From a virus, in IMG/VR virus record IMGVR_UViG_3300046512_000174, positions 1 through 64,000 of that record: 64,000 nt of DNA; one strand, written 5' to 3'. Shown here piece by piece: positions 19,514 through 29,086 of the stretch (its first letter is position 1; each line of letters opens with the position of its first letter). The notes under the pieces were generated by a model. It was not told where the DNA came from, searched no databases, and saw nothing but the letters and a program-made list of their open reading frames with translations. The translations under genes were made by a program, and so were the position numbers.

Positions 19514-19770
19514 GGATGGTTGCTGCTTTCTTTGTCGCGCTAGCACTGTCAGGCTGCGGCTCGACCACGTTTAAAACCTATGTGCAGAACGACAAGGTCC
19601 CGGTAGATCCGAACATCAATCAGACTTGCGATTTGGTCCCAGAGACACCGCCACGATCATCTGATTTCGGAAAGGTCTATCAGTTCGCCAACGACATGGT
19701 CGGCCTGTACGGTGTTTGCGCTTTGCGGGACAAGGCAAAGGCCGACTGGATCAAGTCGCAGGGTCACTGA
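19510..19770 (+). CDS. o-spanin (Rz1-like lipoprotein)
   Basis: Lipobox LSGC, Pro-rich, YGVCALR...WI. Confidence 0.8.
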   Translation: MRMVAAFFVALALSGCGSTTFKTYVQNDKVPVDPNINQTCDLVPETPPRSSDFGKVYQFANDMVGLYGVCALRDKAKADWIKSQGH

Positions 19771-20009
19771 CGGCGCAAATGCTTCCCGGCAGCCTCAAGA
19801 CCTGCCTTGCATTCAACGCAGATCGTGTAGCCGTATTCGCGGCGCTTATCCTGCAGTGGGTTGTCGCATTCTTCGGTGGTGCAAATTTCCGGACCGTAGC
19901 CATTTTCGCCCGGCTTATACGTTGGCTCAGGTGTGCGCGGCCGGTTATTGCGCTTCCATTCTTCCAGCTCGACAACCTGTGCATGATCTTCGTTTGACAT
20001 ATCTTTCAC
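19764..20009 (-). CDS. TraR/DksA-family C4 zinc-finger protein
   Basis: N-terminal EDHAQ tip, C...C...RR...CVECK. Confidence 0.8.
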   Translation of the reverse strand: MKDMSNEDHAQVVELEEWKRNNRPRTPEPTYKPGENGYGPEICTTEECDNPLQDKRREYGYTICVECKAGLEAAGKHLRRQ

Positions 20010-20068
20010 TCAAAAAGAGACGCCGGGGATCCAGCGTCTTGGTTTATTCAGTTTGCTGTCACGCCGAA

Positions 20069-21355
20069 TCAGGCGACCAGCGCTGGCGACCATGGGGTAT
20101 GGTTTCCGAAAAGTGCCGCGTCCAGCCACGTCGACCACTTGCCCATCGCCTCTTTCATCTGAGGCAGGTAGTCGGCCCGGTCGTAATTCTTCGAGCCCGT
20201 GTCACTCTTGGCGTGCTGCTGGATCAGATCGCGGGTGAAGCGCTCGACACCGGCATCATGCGTGCGAGACTTCCACGTCCGGCGCAGATCTCGCGTCTGG
20301 AAATGGGCAACCGTCACGCCCACGCTGTCCAGCCAGCGCGATATCGCCTGATTGACACTGCGATGGTCGATCAGAGCCGATTGGCTTCCGCCACGGGACG
20401 GGAACAAAGGTCCGTCGCCATGGATCGCAATCAGATCACGCAGCACCTCAACGACCTGTGATGGCAGCGGGATGATGTGCTGGTGCTTGCGGCCTTTGGT
20501 CTTGTGCGCCGGCATTTTCCACAACCCGGCATCGAGGTCGATATCGGCGCCGTCAATACGCAAAGTTTCCTGCACGCGCTGGCCGCAGCCGATCAGCACG
20601 CGGATGCATGCGGCGATCTCGGCGGCGAACCCGGCGGTGCCGGTGGCTTCCCACAACATACGCAGCTCTGGACCTGACAGGTTGCGGTCGCGGGTGTTGA
20701 TCGCCCCGGCATCCTTGGCCACGTCAGACGCAGGGTTGCGCTCAACGCCCCAGTCCTGCCGCTCTTTCGCGGTGTAGTCGTTAGCTGACTTCATTGCCCA
20801 GCTGTATGCGGAGGCGATATAGCTTCTCGCCTTGTCAGCGGCGCCGCGATGGCCAGCGCTGAAGAACGTCGACACGTAGTTGACCACATCCATCGGCGTC
20901 GGCTCGGAGGCTGCTCGATCGCGGCCAAGGGCATCAGCAGCGTTGTTGGCTGCCAGTAGCAGCACACGCTCGACCTCGTCAGCGCTCACCTTACCCTTCG
21001 CACGCATGCTGGCGATGTAAGCCTCGAACATCAGGCCAACGGTCGCCTTGAGCTGCGCAGGCTCGCTCCTGACTGGCTTGCGGTCGGCTGCGGGGTCCTG
21101 ACCTTCCGCTACCTTCGCAAACTCCTTGCGCGCGAGTTCGCGAGCCTTATCCGGCGTCAGGTCGGTGCAGCGCGCCAATGTCAGCTTGCGCTGGGTGCGA
21201 GCCGCATCCTTGGTGCGGTAGCGAATCGCGTAGGTTTTGCGGCCGCTGGCTTGGATGCGAACGCCGAAGCCTTCCAGCTCGCTATCCCACAACCAGCTAT
21301 CACCTTTTTCAGGGCTTGGCGCATTATCAACGATCGTCTTTGTCAGTTTAGGCAT
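20069..21355 (-). CDS. int: Tyrosine recombinase/integrase with N-terminal arm-binding domain
   Basis: WDSELEGFGVRI...GRKTY arm domain. Catalytic R (GQRVQE), K (HKTK), RDLRRT, H (QQH), Y (NYDR). Confidence 0.85.
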   Translation of the reverse strand: MPKLTKTIVDNAPSPEKGDSWLWDSELEGFGVRIQASGRKTYAIRYRTKDAARTQRKLTLARCTDLTPDKARELARKEFAKVAEGQDPAADRKPVRSEPAQLKATVGLMFEAYIASMRAKGKVSADEVERVLLLAANNAADALGRDRAASEPTPMDVVNYVSTFFSAGHRGAADKARSYIASAYSWAMKSANDYTAKERQDWGVERNPASDVAKDAGAINTRDRNLSGPELRMLWEATGTAGFAAEIAACIRVLIGCGQRVQETLRIDGADIDLDAGLWKMPAHKTKGRKHQHIIPLPSQVVEVLRDLIAIHGDGPLFPSRGGSQSALIDHRSVNQAISRWLDSVGVTVAHFQTRDLRRTWKSRTHDAGVERFTRDLIQQHAKSDTGSKNYDRADYLPQMKEAMGKWSTWLDAALFGNHTPWSPALVA

Positions 21356-21382
21356 GATAAACCCCGCTAATTTGCTTGTGCG

Positions 21383-21400
21383 TTAATCATAAATGATTAA
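21383..21400. promoter_or_regulatory. Palindromic operator upstream of integrase
   Basis: TTAATCA-TAAA-TGATTAA, matches the genome-wide 18-bp palindrome. Confidence 0.65.
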
Positions 21401-21431
21401 CTTGGTTATTGCCAATATTTTTGCCATAGCG

Positions 21432-21467
21432 AAAAAAAGCCACTGCGCCAGACCGGCGCAGTGGCTT
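21432..21467 (-). terminator. Rho-independent terminator
   Basis: Minus strand AAGCCACTGCGCC-GGTCT-GGCGCAGTGGCTTTTTTT. Confidence 0.85.
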
Positions 21468-21482
21468 GAGTATTGACCAAAT

Positions 21483-22355
21483 TCAGGCAAGTGTTTTTTC
21501 AGGATCCAGCCGATCAAGGCGCTCAATTTCGGCGATGATCAGCGCGCCGGCTTTTACCAGCTGCTCGCGCCGAGGTTTTTGACTCTTTTGAAATGCCCAG
21601 CTTGCAGCATCCGGGTATTGATCAGGCATGGCGTAATCGGCAGCGGCCAGAGCTATCTCTCCATAACTGTGTTCGTCATCATGCTGGTGGGTGTAGCCCT
21701 TTTCGGAGATCTGGCGAACTCTCTCGTTCACCAGATCGCGCCATGGGATCCCCTCGCCATGGCGCATCAGGTCCTGAAGGCGAGTCACCTCATTGTCAGC
21801 AGCCTGCGCGGCCTTCTCGGCGCCACGGACGCGCTCGATCAGTTCGGGCAGAGCATTCACCGCCTCGATTGCCAATAAGGCATCACGCCACTGACGCAGC
21901 GCGCCGATCTGAAGGTCGTAAACCTCGGTGAAGGTCATTCCATCAATGCTGCCCGCGCCATCTCGGCCAGCGCGCCATTCGCCCGGTTTGTGACAGGCCT
22001 CCTCGATCATCTTTTCCAGATGAGTGACGATATCGACCTTCTGCGGCGTAAGTCCGGTGAGGTGGGTGGCGGCCTTCTCGTCTGGAACCGCCAACGCTTC
22101 AATATCTCGGAGCGTATCAAACACGCCTTTGGCAACTTCCTGCCGCTGAGTGAGCGTAACCGCCAGCACCGGAACGCTGACAGAAAGCAGAACCTGAGCA
22201 ACGCTGGCGATCGCCTCGCGCGGGCGACTTCCCTCTGGCCGCAGCCACTGGCCCACAATCTTTCTGATTGCGACAATCCCTTCGACAGGAGTCAATTCCG
22301 GCGCAGAAATAACTGATTGAGCATTTTCCACCTGTAATCCCCTTATTCCGAGCAA
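21483..22355 (-). CDS. Conserved phage hypothetical protein
   Basis: C-terminal ERVRQISEKGY..HDDEH...LVKAGALIIAEIERLDR domain common in phages. Start uncertain. Confidence 0.65.
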   Translation of the reverse strand: MLGIRGLQVENAQSVISAPELTPVEGIVAIRKIVGQWLRPEGSRPREAIASVAQVLLSVSVPVLAVTLTQRQEVAKGVFDTLRDIEALAVPDEKAATHLTGLTPQKVDIVTHLEKMIEEACHKPGEWRAGRDGAGSIDGMTFTEVYDLQIGALRQWRDALLAIEAVNALPELIERVRGAEKAAQAADNEVTRLQDLMRHGEGIPWRDLVNERVRQISEKGYTHQHDDEHSYGEIALAAADYAMPDQYPDAASWAFQKSQKPRREQLVKAGALIIAEIERLDRLDPEKTLA

Positions 22356-22405
22356 TAAAAAGCGGGGCGCATGACCCCGCTGACAGCATCACATATCAGT
22401 CGATA

Positions 22406-22678
22406 TCAATTCACCGCGTCTTTCAACGCCTTGGCCGGGACAAACTTCAGCGCGACCTTGGCATCGATCACGATCGCTTCACCGGTGCGCGGATTGCGAC
22501 CGGGGCGCTCAGGCTTGTTCGTGGCTTTCAGCTTGCCAATCGATGGCAACAGGACTTCGCCATCGGCGCGGAGGCGCGCGACAGTGTCAGAAAACAACGC
22601 GTCAAGCACTCGGCCAACAGTAGCCTGTGACTCATTGGTCTTCGTAGCGATGCTGGCGACAAGTGCGAGCTTGCTCAT
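22406..22678 (-). CDS. HU-family histone-like DNA-binding protein
   Basis: GRNPRTGEAIVI...FVPAKALKDAVN signature, GGAG SD. Confidence 0.92.
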   Translation of the reverse strand: MSKLALVASIATKTNESQATVGRVLDALFSDTVARLRADGEVLLPSIGKLKATNKPERPGRNPRTGEAIVIDAKVALKFVPAKALKDAVN

Positions 22679-22702
22679 GGTGTTTCTCCAGTTGTTGGTG
22701 GG

Positions 22703-23905
22703 TTAGAAAACGTCTTCTTTGGATGGATCGATAGCGTTGCTTTGCTCTGGATCCGGCTCTGGCTCCGGTTCTGGCTCCGAATTATCGGACCCGGTCCCGG
22801 TAGCAGCTGCGGCTTCACCTTGGGAAACCGCATTAGCCTCGGCAGCCTTATCGACGGCCTTGGTTAGGTCGGCAGTCACCTGTCCCTGCGCCTCGGTAAC
22901 ATCGGCATCGGAACCTGCGCCAGTTGGCAGCGCCTGATTGGTAGCATCTTTCGGCTGCTCGGCCTTGGCCTTGTCAGCTGCCGTCTGGCGCTTCACCGGT
23001 GCAGCTTTGGTTGCTGGTGCGGTCTTCGCGGTTGCCGCCAAAGCGCTGCCCGTCTGCTCGGCTGCCGCCTCGGTTTCCGGCGCACCGAAGAACTCGGCCG
23101 CTGGCGTGCCGTCCTTGAGCGCAGCGTAAACGCCCTGCAGGTTGATCAGCTCGTCGAGCAGGATGTCGTCAAGACTGTGCCCGAGGTACGTTTCAAGATG
23201 CGAGACCGTGACGCCGTAGCCGCTGAAGGCTCCGATCATTTTGCGGGCGCGGACAGCTAAAGGCTCAGTGTTCGCCCCAGCGATGGTCTTCTTGCACTCC
23301 TCGGACGCGGACTCGATCATCCACTTCGGCATCATCGCCAAGATCCGGCCACGCATCTGCTTGCTGGCGACGTTGGCAATGCGGTTGTCGATGTCCTTCT
23401 GGTCGCGCAGCTTGCGCGGGCCGTCTTTGGTGTCGATGACGTGCAGAACGGTCAACTGGCGAATCTGCCGGTTATTGGTCTGCTTGTCCCATGCGTAGAT
23501 CTCGACCTCGGACCGGCCAAAATCACGCGGCTCAGGGCCTGCTTCAGTGCGCGACAGTTCGCGGTGACCGTATTCGAAGTTGCCATAGACACGGGCAATT
23601 TCCTCAGCAAACCGGATACTGAGGCCGGTAACCTTGCTGCCGCCCTGCGGGATCGTATAGAACGCCACGTTGGCGAATGCCGGGATTGCGCAAGCCTCTT
23701 TCAGCTCCTCGAATGCCGACATCAGGTTGCGCGGGAAGCGCTTGGCCATGATCAGCTGGCCCTGCGCTTCGGCGATCGCCCGTTCCTGCTCGATGGACAC
23801 CGCACCGGCGTTGATGCCAGCGGCCAGTGGTTGCCGGTTGCCCATGGACAACTGGTTGCCCTGCTGAGCCGTGCGCTCAATCAGTTCCTGCGTACCTTGC
23901 GTCAT
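22703..23905 (-). CDS. Putative ssDNA-annealing/recombination protein
   Basis: RAIAEAQ...AKRFPR...GLSIRFAEE core, long Ala/EP-rich tail, acidic-Phe end, co-located with RecE-like nuclease. Confidence 0.5.
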   Translation of the reverse strand: MTQGTQELIERTAQQGNQLSMGNRQPLAAGINAGAVSIEQERAIAEAQGQLIMAKRFPRNLMSAFEELKEACAIPAFANVAFYTIPQGGSKVTGLSIRFAEEIARVYGNFEYGHRELSRTEAGPEPRDFGRSEVEIYAWDKQTNNRQIRQLTVLHVIDTKDGPRKLRDQKDIDNRIANVASKQMRGRILAMMPKWMIESASEECKKTIAGANTEPLAVRARKMIGAFSGYGVTVSHLETYLGHSLDDILLDELINLQGVYAALKDGTPAAEFFGAPETEAAAEQTGSALAATAKTAPATKAAPVKRQTAADKAKAEQPKDATNQALPTGAGSDADVTEAQGQVTADLTKAVDKAAEANAVSQGEAAAATGTGSDNSEPEPEPEPDPEQSNAIDPSKEDVF

Positions 23906-23954
23906 GAATTGTACCTTTCGTTACTGGTTCGTTAATTGTAAATGATTATGCAGG

Positions 23955-25361
23955 TTATGCCGTGGTTTGCACGTTAAATTCTTCACCATTGACCGTGGTG
24001 ACGAAAAGTTGCAAGCCTGATTCGAGAACCTGCTCGCGGAATGCCGCGAAAGCGTCAGGATCCAAGCATTCCAGCCGGTCGACGCAGCAGATACCGAGGT
24101 CACCGGTGCGCAGCTTGGCGATCTCGACCGCAATCTCGACCTGCTGTGCAGTGTTGAGGCGGTCAAACACCACACCGCCACGGTAGATTTCACCATCACG
24201 AACCTCGACGCCGGGAATCGGCAGCGCAGCGAGCAGTTCCAGTTTGTACGCGTCGATGTCTTCGAGTGCTTTTGTCTGTGCTGCGGCGTCCAGCTTGAGA
24301 TCTTCCAGCTCCTTTTCCAGCAGCTTTATGGTTTCCAGTGCCTGCTCACGCTTGGCGTGCGCGCTGCGGTTGGTGCGGATGGCTTCGAGCGTTTGGTTGA
24401 TCGGGCCTACCGTGTCGTTATGGGTCTGGATGGTTTTCTCGCGCTGCTGACCAGCCTTCTGCTCGATTTCACGCTCGCCGGTCTGGATGGTTTCGATAGC
24501 TGCGTTCGAGGTGTTATTGATGGCTTCGACTTCAGCAGAGCCTTTGGCTTTGAGTTCGTCGATCTGGCGCTGGGTCTCGGCACGAATCTCATCGACCTTG
24601 CCTTGCGCTTCTGCACGAATCCCGTCGATTTTCTTCTGGTTGTCAGACTTGATGCCGTCCAGCTTGTCGCGAACCCGGGTCAGCTCAGCGTCTTTCTTGC
24701 TGGTCGATTCCTCGACCTTCGCGCGCAATTCGTCTTCATTGCCTTCAGCGCCGCCGGGCACATCTGGCATCGCCAGTTGCAGCTGGTTGATCGTGTTGTC
24801 CTTTTCCTTCACGGCACGGTTGGTGCCGGTACGGTCTTCGTAAACTCGCTTGCGGATCTCGTCGATGATCGCCAGACCGTGGATGGAGCCATCCATGATC
24901 GGCGCCATACCGCCGATGCTCTCCAGCCGCTCGGCATCAATCTCGATCGGCATCGCCTCGAGTAGAACCTTCACCCGGTCTTTTGGCTGGGCAGTCAGGA
25001 ACGCGACAGGGTTGACGCTCAGGCTATCAACCAGCGACTTCATGAACTCGGCGGGCTTGGTGACCTTCTTGCCGTCGGCATCGGTGACGCTGGTGGTGCT
25101 GCGCAGACCGGTTACGCGCTTCTTGATCTCGGCGCCGTCGTCGAGGACCAGCACGATTTCGCCTTCATCAGCGCCCAGACGCAGCAGTGTGGCGTCGTGG
25201 CCTTGGCCGGTGGCAGCCTTGATCGCCTCGAGGACGCTGGTCTTACCCTCGCCATTTTTGCCACGGATCTCGTTGAAGCCTTCCGGGCTGAATTCCAGCT
25301 CATCGATGCCGAGGATATTGGAGATTTTGAGGTGGGAAATTTGCAGCAATTTATCAGTCAT
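23955..25361 (-). CDS. SMC/Rad50-like coiled-coil ABC-type ATPase
   Basis: Walker A GKNGEGKTS, long coiled coil, LNTAQQ signature-like motif, Walker B CCVDRLE. Confidence 0.8.
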   Translation of the reverse strand: MTDKLLQISHLKISNILGIDELEFSPEGFNEIRGKNGEGKTSVLEAIKAATGQGHDATLLRLGADEGEIVLVLDDGAEIKKRVTGLRSTTSVTDADGKKVTKPAEFMKSLVDSLSVNPVAFLTAQPKDRVKVLLEAMPIEIDAERLESIGGMAPIMDGSIHGLAIIDEIRKRVYEDRTGTNRAVKEKDNTINQLQLAMPDVPGGAEGNEDELRAKVEESTSKKDAELTRVRDKLDGIKSDNQKKIDGIRAEAQGKVDEIRAETQRQIDELKAKGSAEVEAINNTSNAAIETIQTGEREIEQKAGQQREKTIQTHNDTVGPINQTLEAIRTNRSAHAKREQALETIKLLEKELEDLKLDAAAQTKALEDIDAYKLELLAALPIPGVEVRDGEIYRGGVVFDRLNTAQQVEIAVEIAKLRTGDLGICCVDRLECLDPDAFAAFREQVLESGLQLFVTTVNGEEFNVQTTA

Positions 25362-25393
25362 GGGTTGGGTTCCTTCAGGTGCTATGTCGGGTG

Positions 25394-26398
25394 TTAAATG
25401 GCGAATTCTTCTTCACGCATTGCCCAGAACGGCAATTTGGCTTCGAGCATGTCGCCTTCGGCGGCGCCCAGCCAAAGGTTGTTCTGCTCGCAGTGGATCA
25501 GCCGAGCCAAGTCGCGCTTGTAAAGGCGGCGACCGCGCTCGATCTGGAAGTCATTCAGGTAGTGGACGGCCACGTCATACGGGCGCCCTTTCTGTGCGGC
25601 GATAAAAGCGAACCCACGCGGTGCGTCGCGTCCGTACAGGCCTCGGAGGATGTCCAGATACCACGCGGCCTGAACTTCGTAGCGGCGCTGGGCGATGGTT
25701 TTGCCGAAGCCTTCGAGACTCACGTCGTCGGTGGTCTTGAGGTCGACAACCCACATACCGTCATGAGTGATGGCGTCAGTTCGGCATTTTCGCAAAACCG
25801 GCACCTTGACCACTTTCTGGGTGTCATGGTCGATGTAGTCTTCCTCAGTCTCGAGGAAAAACGATCGCTCTACCGTGGCGCCGCTCAACAGGCCGCCGGC
25901 CCATGGGTCACGATCGACTGCGCGCAGCATGCCGAGCATGCCTTTATAGTCCTTTGCCGGGATGGCGATCTTTCCGACCATGCTTTCTTCATGCATTTGC
26001 TTGAGGAAATAGATGATCTTTTCACGCGGGTAGCCGGCTTCCTCTACCAGTCGGCGCGCCAACTCAGGCTTGGATCCGCCAGTCATCAGCGACTCATCGA
26101 TCAGGACGCGCTTCATGTCGTCGACCGTGTCCAGTGCTTGAGGGAAGGCTGACTTGTCGAAGTCGACCGCGTAGGTCTTTTCGAAGGTGCCCGGCTCTAA
26201 AACCAGCTTGTGGGTGCCGTCACCAACAGCAAAGCAGTGCTTGAATTCCTGCTCCTCGCGATCCGGGTTGATGTACTGATCCCAGTAGTTCAAGCCGCTG
26301 ACAGCGATCGCATCCAGCTTGCTTTTACTGACCCCGGGGCCGGAATGGTACTCATCGTTTGTAAGCACGACTTCGCCGTGCAGTTTGGGTAGGTTCAA
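25394..26398 (-). CDS. RecE/exonuclease VIII-like PD-(D/E)XK nuclease (DUF3799-like)
   Basis: NDEYH...VSKSKL, KCRTD...VVDLKTT, YEVQAAWY. TTG start inferred. Confidence 0.85.
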   Translation of the reverse strand: MNLPKLHGEVVLTNDEYHSGPGVSKSKLDAIAVSGLNYWDQYINPDREEQEFKHCFAVGDGTHKLVLEPGTFEKTYAVDFDKSAFPQALDTVDDMKRVLIDESLMTGGSKPELARRLVEEAGYPREKIIYFLKQMHEESMVGKIAIPAKDYKGMLGMLRAVDRDPWAGGLLSGATVERSFFLETEEDYIDHDTQKVVKVPVLRKCRTDAITHDGMWVVDLKTTDDVSLEGFGKTIAQRRYEVQAAWYLDILRGLYGRDAPRGFAFIAAQKGRPYDVAVHYLNDFQIERGRRLYKRDLARLIHCEQNNLWLGAAEGDMLEAKLPFWAMREEEFAI

Positions 26399-26574
26399 GG
26401 TCTGATCTCGGTTGAACTCTGGAGGTGCGCAGAATACGCGCAAATTTGATTAACGCGCAAGTCATCACGACCATTTTTGTGCAGCTTATATAGTTTCGCT
26501 TTTTTCGTGCCGGGGGCGATTTATTCGTTACACCCGTTAATCAAATCCGATACACTTGGCCGGCAGTCAATCGA

Positions 26575-26832
26575 GTGAGCACTACCATGAACGAACAGAA
26601 CAGAATAGAAACAGAAGGCGATGCGCCGGAGAGCTTCGATCAGATCTTCTATCAGTATCTGGATCAGCTTGAGCGTCGGGCACATGCGGTCAATATGACG
26701 TTGACCGATCTTTGTCGTGATTCTGGAGTATCGAGGGCGACCCCGGATCGTTGGCGGAAAAGTCTGCCTAAAACGATCCAGAACGTTTGCGACCTCGAAG
26801 CCATCGTTAAAAAGGCTGAGCGGAAAAAATAA
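26575..26832 (+). CDS. Cro/CI-like HTH DNA-binding protein
   Basis: MTLTDLCRDSGVSRATPDRWRK HTH, at the divergence of the recombination and replication operons. Confidence 0.75.
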   Translation: MSTTMNEQNRIETEGDAPESFDQIFYQYLDQLERRAHAVNMTLTDLCRDSGVSRATPDRWRKSLPKTIQNVCDLEAIVKKAERKK

Positions 26833-26881
26833 CCCCTAACTTTGGGGCGTGGACCTATCAATAAAGCCACGCTTGTGCCGA

Positions 26882-28543
26882 ATGAAAATTCAACCCCGCG
26901 ACTATCAGCAATCGCTGATGGATCAGGTTCGTGTTGCCTTTAGAGAGGGAAAGCGCAGTCCGTTGGTAGTTGCTGCCACCGGCGCGGGAAAGACCGTCGT
27001 GTTCAGCGCTATCGCTGACAGCGCGGCGGAAAAGGGGCATGAGGTGCTGATTCTGGCGCACCGTGACACCCTCATTAAGCAGGCCAGCGCCAAGCTCAGG
27101 CAGAACGGCGTGAAACACGGCATCATCATGGCGGGCTTCACACAAGACCTTCGCCAGAAGGTGCAGGTTGGGTCAGTGCAAACGCTGGCCCGGCGCCTGT
27201 CAAAGCTGCGCTGGAAGCCGAAACTCATCATCATCGATGAGGCCCACCTGTCCGCTGCAAAAACCTACCGCGACATCCTCAAGGCCTTCCCTGACGCGCT
27301 GGTACTGGGCTTCACGGGATCGCCGTGCCGGCTCGACAACAAGCCTCTGGGCAAAGAGGCTGGCGGCATTTATGACGACCTGATTCAGGCTATCTCCATC
27401 AAGCAGCTCATTGCGCGCGGCTTCTTGGTGCAGCCGCAGGTGTTCGGCGCCGCCGAGGCGCTGGATCTGTCCGGCATCAAAAAGAGCATGGGCGACTACG
27501 CCACCGCCGAACTGGCGGCCGTGGTGGATAAACCCAAGATCACCGGCGACGCTGTCGCGCAATACCTCAAGATCTGCCCGGATGTCCCGGCGGTGGCGTG
27601 GTGCGTAACGGTTGAGCACGCCCAGCACGTTGCTGACGCCTTCAATGCGGCGGGGATCTCGGCGCTGATGCTCTGCGGCGAACACGACAGCGATTACCGC
27701 GACAAGGCGCTCAAGGCGCTGGAAACCGGTGAGATCAAGGTCATTTCTTTTGTCGGGATCTTGATCGAGGGCGTCGACCAGCCCGCGATCGGGGCAATCA
27801 TCCTGCTGCGCCCGACCATGTCCCTCGCCAGTTACCTGCAGGTGATCGGTCGCGGACTTCGCCCATACACCGATGCCAACGGTATCAAGAAAGAATGCTG
27901 CTACGTGCTTGATCACGCGGGGCTCTGGCAACGCCACGGCTTCGCTGATGAGGAACGCGAGTGGGAGCTGAACATCGAGGTCAAGAAGGGCGCCAAGAAA
28001 AAGGAAAAGGAGACAACTGTCGACCTTATCCAGTGTCGCGGCTGCTTTGCGGTTTTCTCCCCGGTACAGGCTGCCGAGGCAGGCCAGAAGCTGATTGAGG
28101 AGCGTCCGGGCTATCTCGGCGCGCCATGCTGCCCGAACTGCAAGAAGGCGATCGAGATCAAGGTCCGCAAGCTGGAGCAGGTTGATGGCGAGCTGATCAA
28201 GATCACGCCGGAAATGCGTGCGGAAATGGAGGCTGACCGCAAAAAGACATCGCTTGAGCAGCGCCGCATGCAGGGTCAGACCCAGACGCTCGAGGACCTG
28301 AAGGCCTACGGCGCGAAGATGGGCCGCTCTGCGCAGTGGGCGGAACACGTTTGGAATGCTCGCCAGCGCAAGAAAGAACCCAAGAAATCGCCGCCAGTCA
28401 TCGATCTGCCGCCGGTCCCTACCGATGAGCAGCTGGCCGTCATGACACTGGAGGAGCTGGAGAAAGTCCGCGCCGAACAGGGCTGGCCCCTCAGCTGGCC
28501 AACTGAATTTTATCGCAGCAATCAGTCGAACCTCAATTTCTAA
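26882..28543 (+). CDS. SF2 DEAH helicase (RadD/UvsW-like) with zinc finger
   Basis: ATGAGKT, DEAH, TGSP, QVIGRGLR, CxxC...CPNC. Confidence 0.92.
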   Translation: MKIQPRDYQQSLMDQVRVAFREGKRSPLVVAATGAGKTVVFSAIADSAAEKGHEVLILAHRDTLIKQASAKLRQNGVKHGIIMAGFTQDLRQKVQVGSVQTLARRLSKLRWKPKLIIIDEAHLSAAKTYRDILKAFPDALVLGFTGSPCRLDNKPLGKEAGGIYDDLIQAISIKQLIARGFLVQPQVFGAAEALDLSGIKKSMGDYATAELAAVVDKPKITGDAVAQYLKICPDVPAVAWCVTVEHAQHVADAFNAAGISALMLCGEHDSDYRDKALKALETGEIKVISFVGILIEGVDQPAIGAIILLRPTMSLASYLQVIGRGLRPYTDANGIKKECCYVLDHAGLWQRHGFADEEREWELNIEVKKGAKKKEKETTVDLIQCRGCFAVFSPVQAAEAGQKLIEERPGYLGAPCCPNCKKAIEIKVRKLEQVDGELIKITPEMRAEMEADRKKTSLEQRRMQGQTQTLEDLKAYGAKMGRSAQWAEHVWNARQRKKEPKKSPPVIDLPPVPTDEQLAVMTLEELEKVRAEQGWPLSWPTEFYRSNQSNLNF

Positions 28544-28555
28544 GGTAACCACACC

Positions 28556-29014
28556 ATGTCATCCGTAAACAGCGTCACCATCGTCGGTCGTGTCGGTCAG
28601 GATCCAGAAATCCGCTTCCTGCCGAACGGCGACGCGATCTGCAACCTGTCCGTGGCCACCAGCAAGCAATGGCTCGACAAGGCATCTGGCGAAAAGAAGG
28701 AAAAAACTGAGTGGCATCGCATCGTGCTGTTCGGGAAAACCGCCGAGCTGGCGGGCAAGTGGACCAAGAAGGGCACCGTGGTTTATGTCCGAGGCGAGCT
28801 GGAAACCCGCGAGTGGGAGAAAGACGGCATCAAGCGCTACACCACCGAGATCAAAGCGCTCGACTTCGATCCGTTCATCAGCGGCGTCAAGGCCGAGCCG
28901 AACCAGACTCAAAGTCGTGACGGTAACAATCAGACCTCGCAGCAACGTTCTCAGGCCGCCCCGCAGCAATCCGCGCCGCCGCCGAAGGACAAAAATGACG
29001 ATATTCCGTTCTGA
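28556..29014 (+). CDS. ssb: Single-stranded DNA-binding protein
   Basis: [22 protein letters not shown]-terminal DDIPF. Confidence 0.95.
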   Translation: MSSVNSVTIVGRVGQDPEIRFLPNGDAICNLSVATSKQWLDKASGEKKEKTEWHRIVLFGKTAELAGKWTKKGTVVYVRGELETREWEKDGIKRYTTEIKALDFDPFISGVKAEPNQTQSRDGNNQTSQQRSQAAPQQSAPPPKDKNDDIPF

Positions 29015-29015
29015 C

Positions 29016-29049
29016 GCCGCCCCGCATTGAGCAATGGAGGGGCGGTTTT
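29016..29049 (+). terminator. Probable terminator after ssb
   Basis: GCCGCCCC...GGGGCGGTTTT hairpin with short U tract. Confidence 0.5.
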
Positions 29050-29086
29050 CCACTCTGGGGCCTCCCCTCCTACAAGGAAGCCGTAA

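Noticed and set aside
27200-28552. 450-aa minus-strand ORF (similarly 3861-5237 and 46966-48102)
   Set aside because: Antisense shadows of well-supported genes.
26455-28930. Extra GTCGTGAY hits (about 26470 minus strand, 26714, 28914)
   Set aside because: They lack the A...T hexamer at the conserved spacing or lie inside coding sequence.
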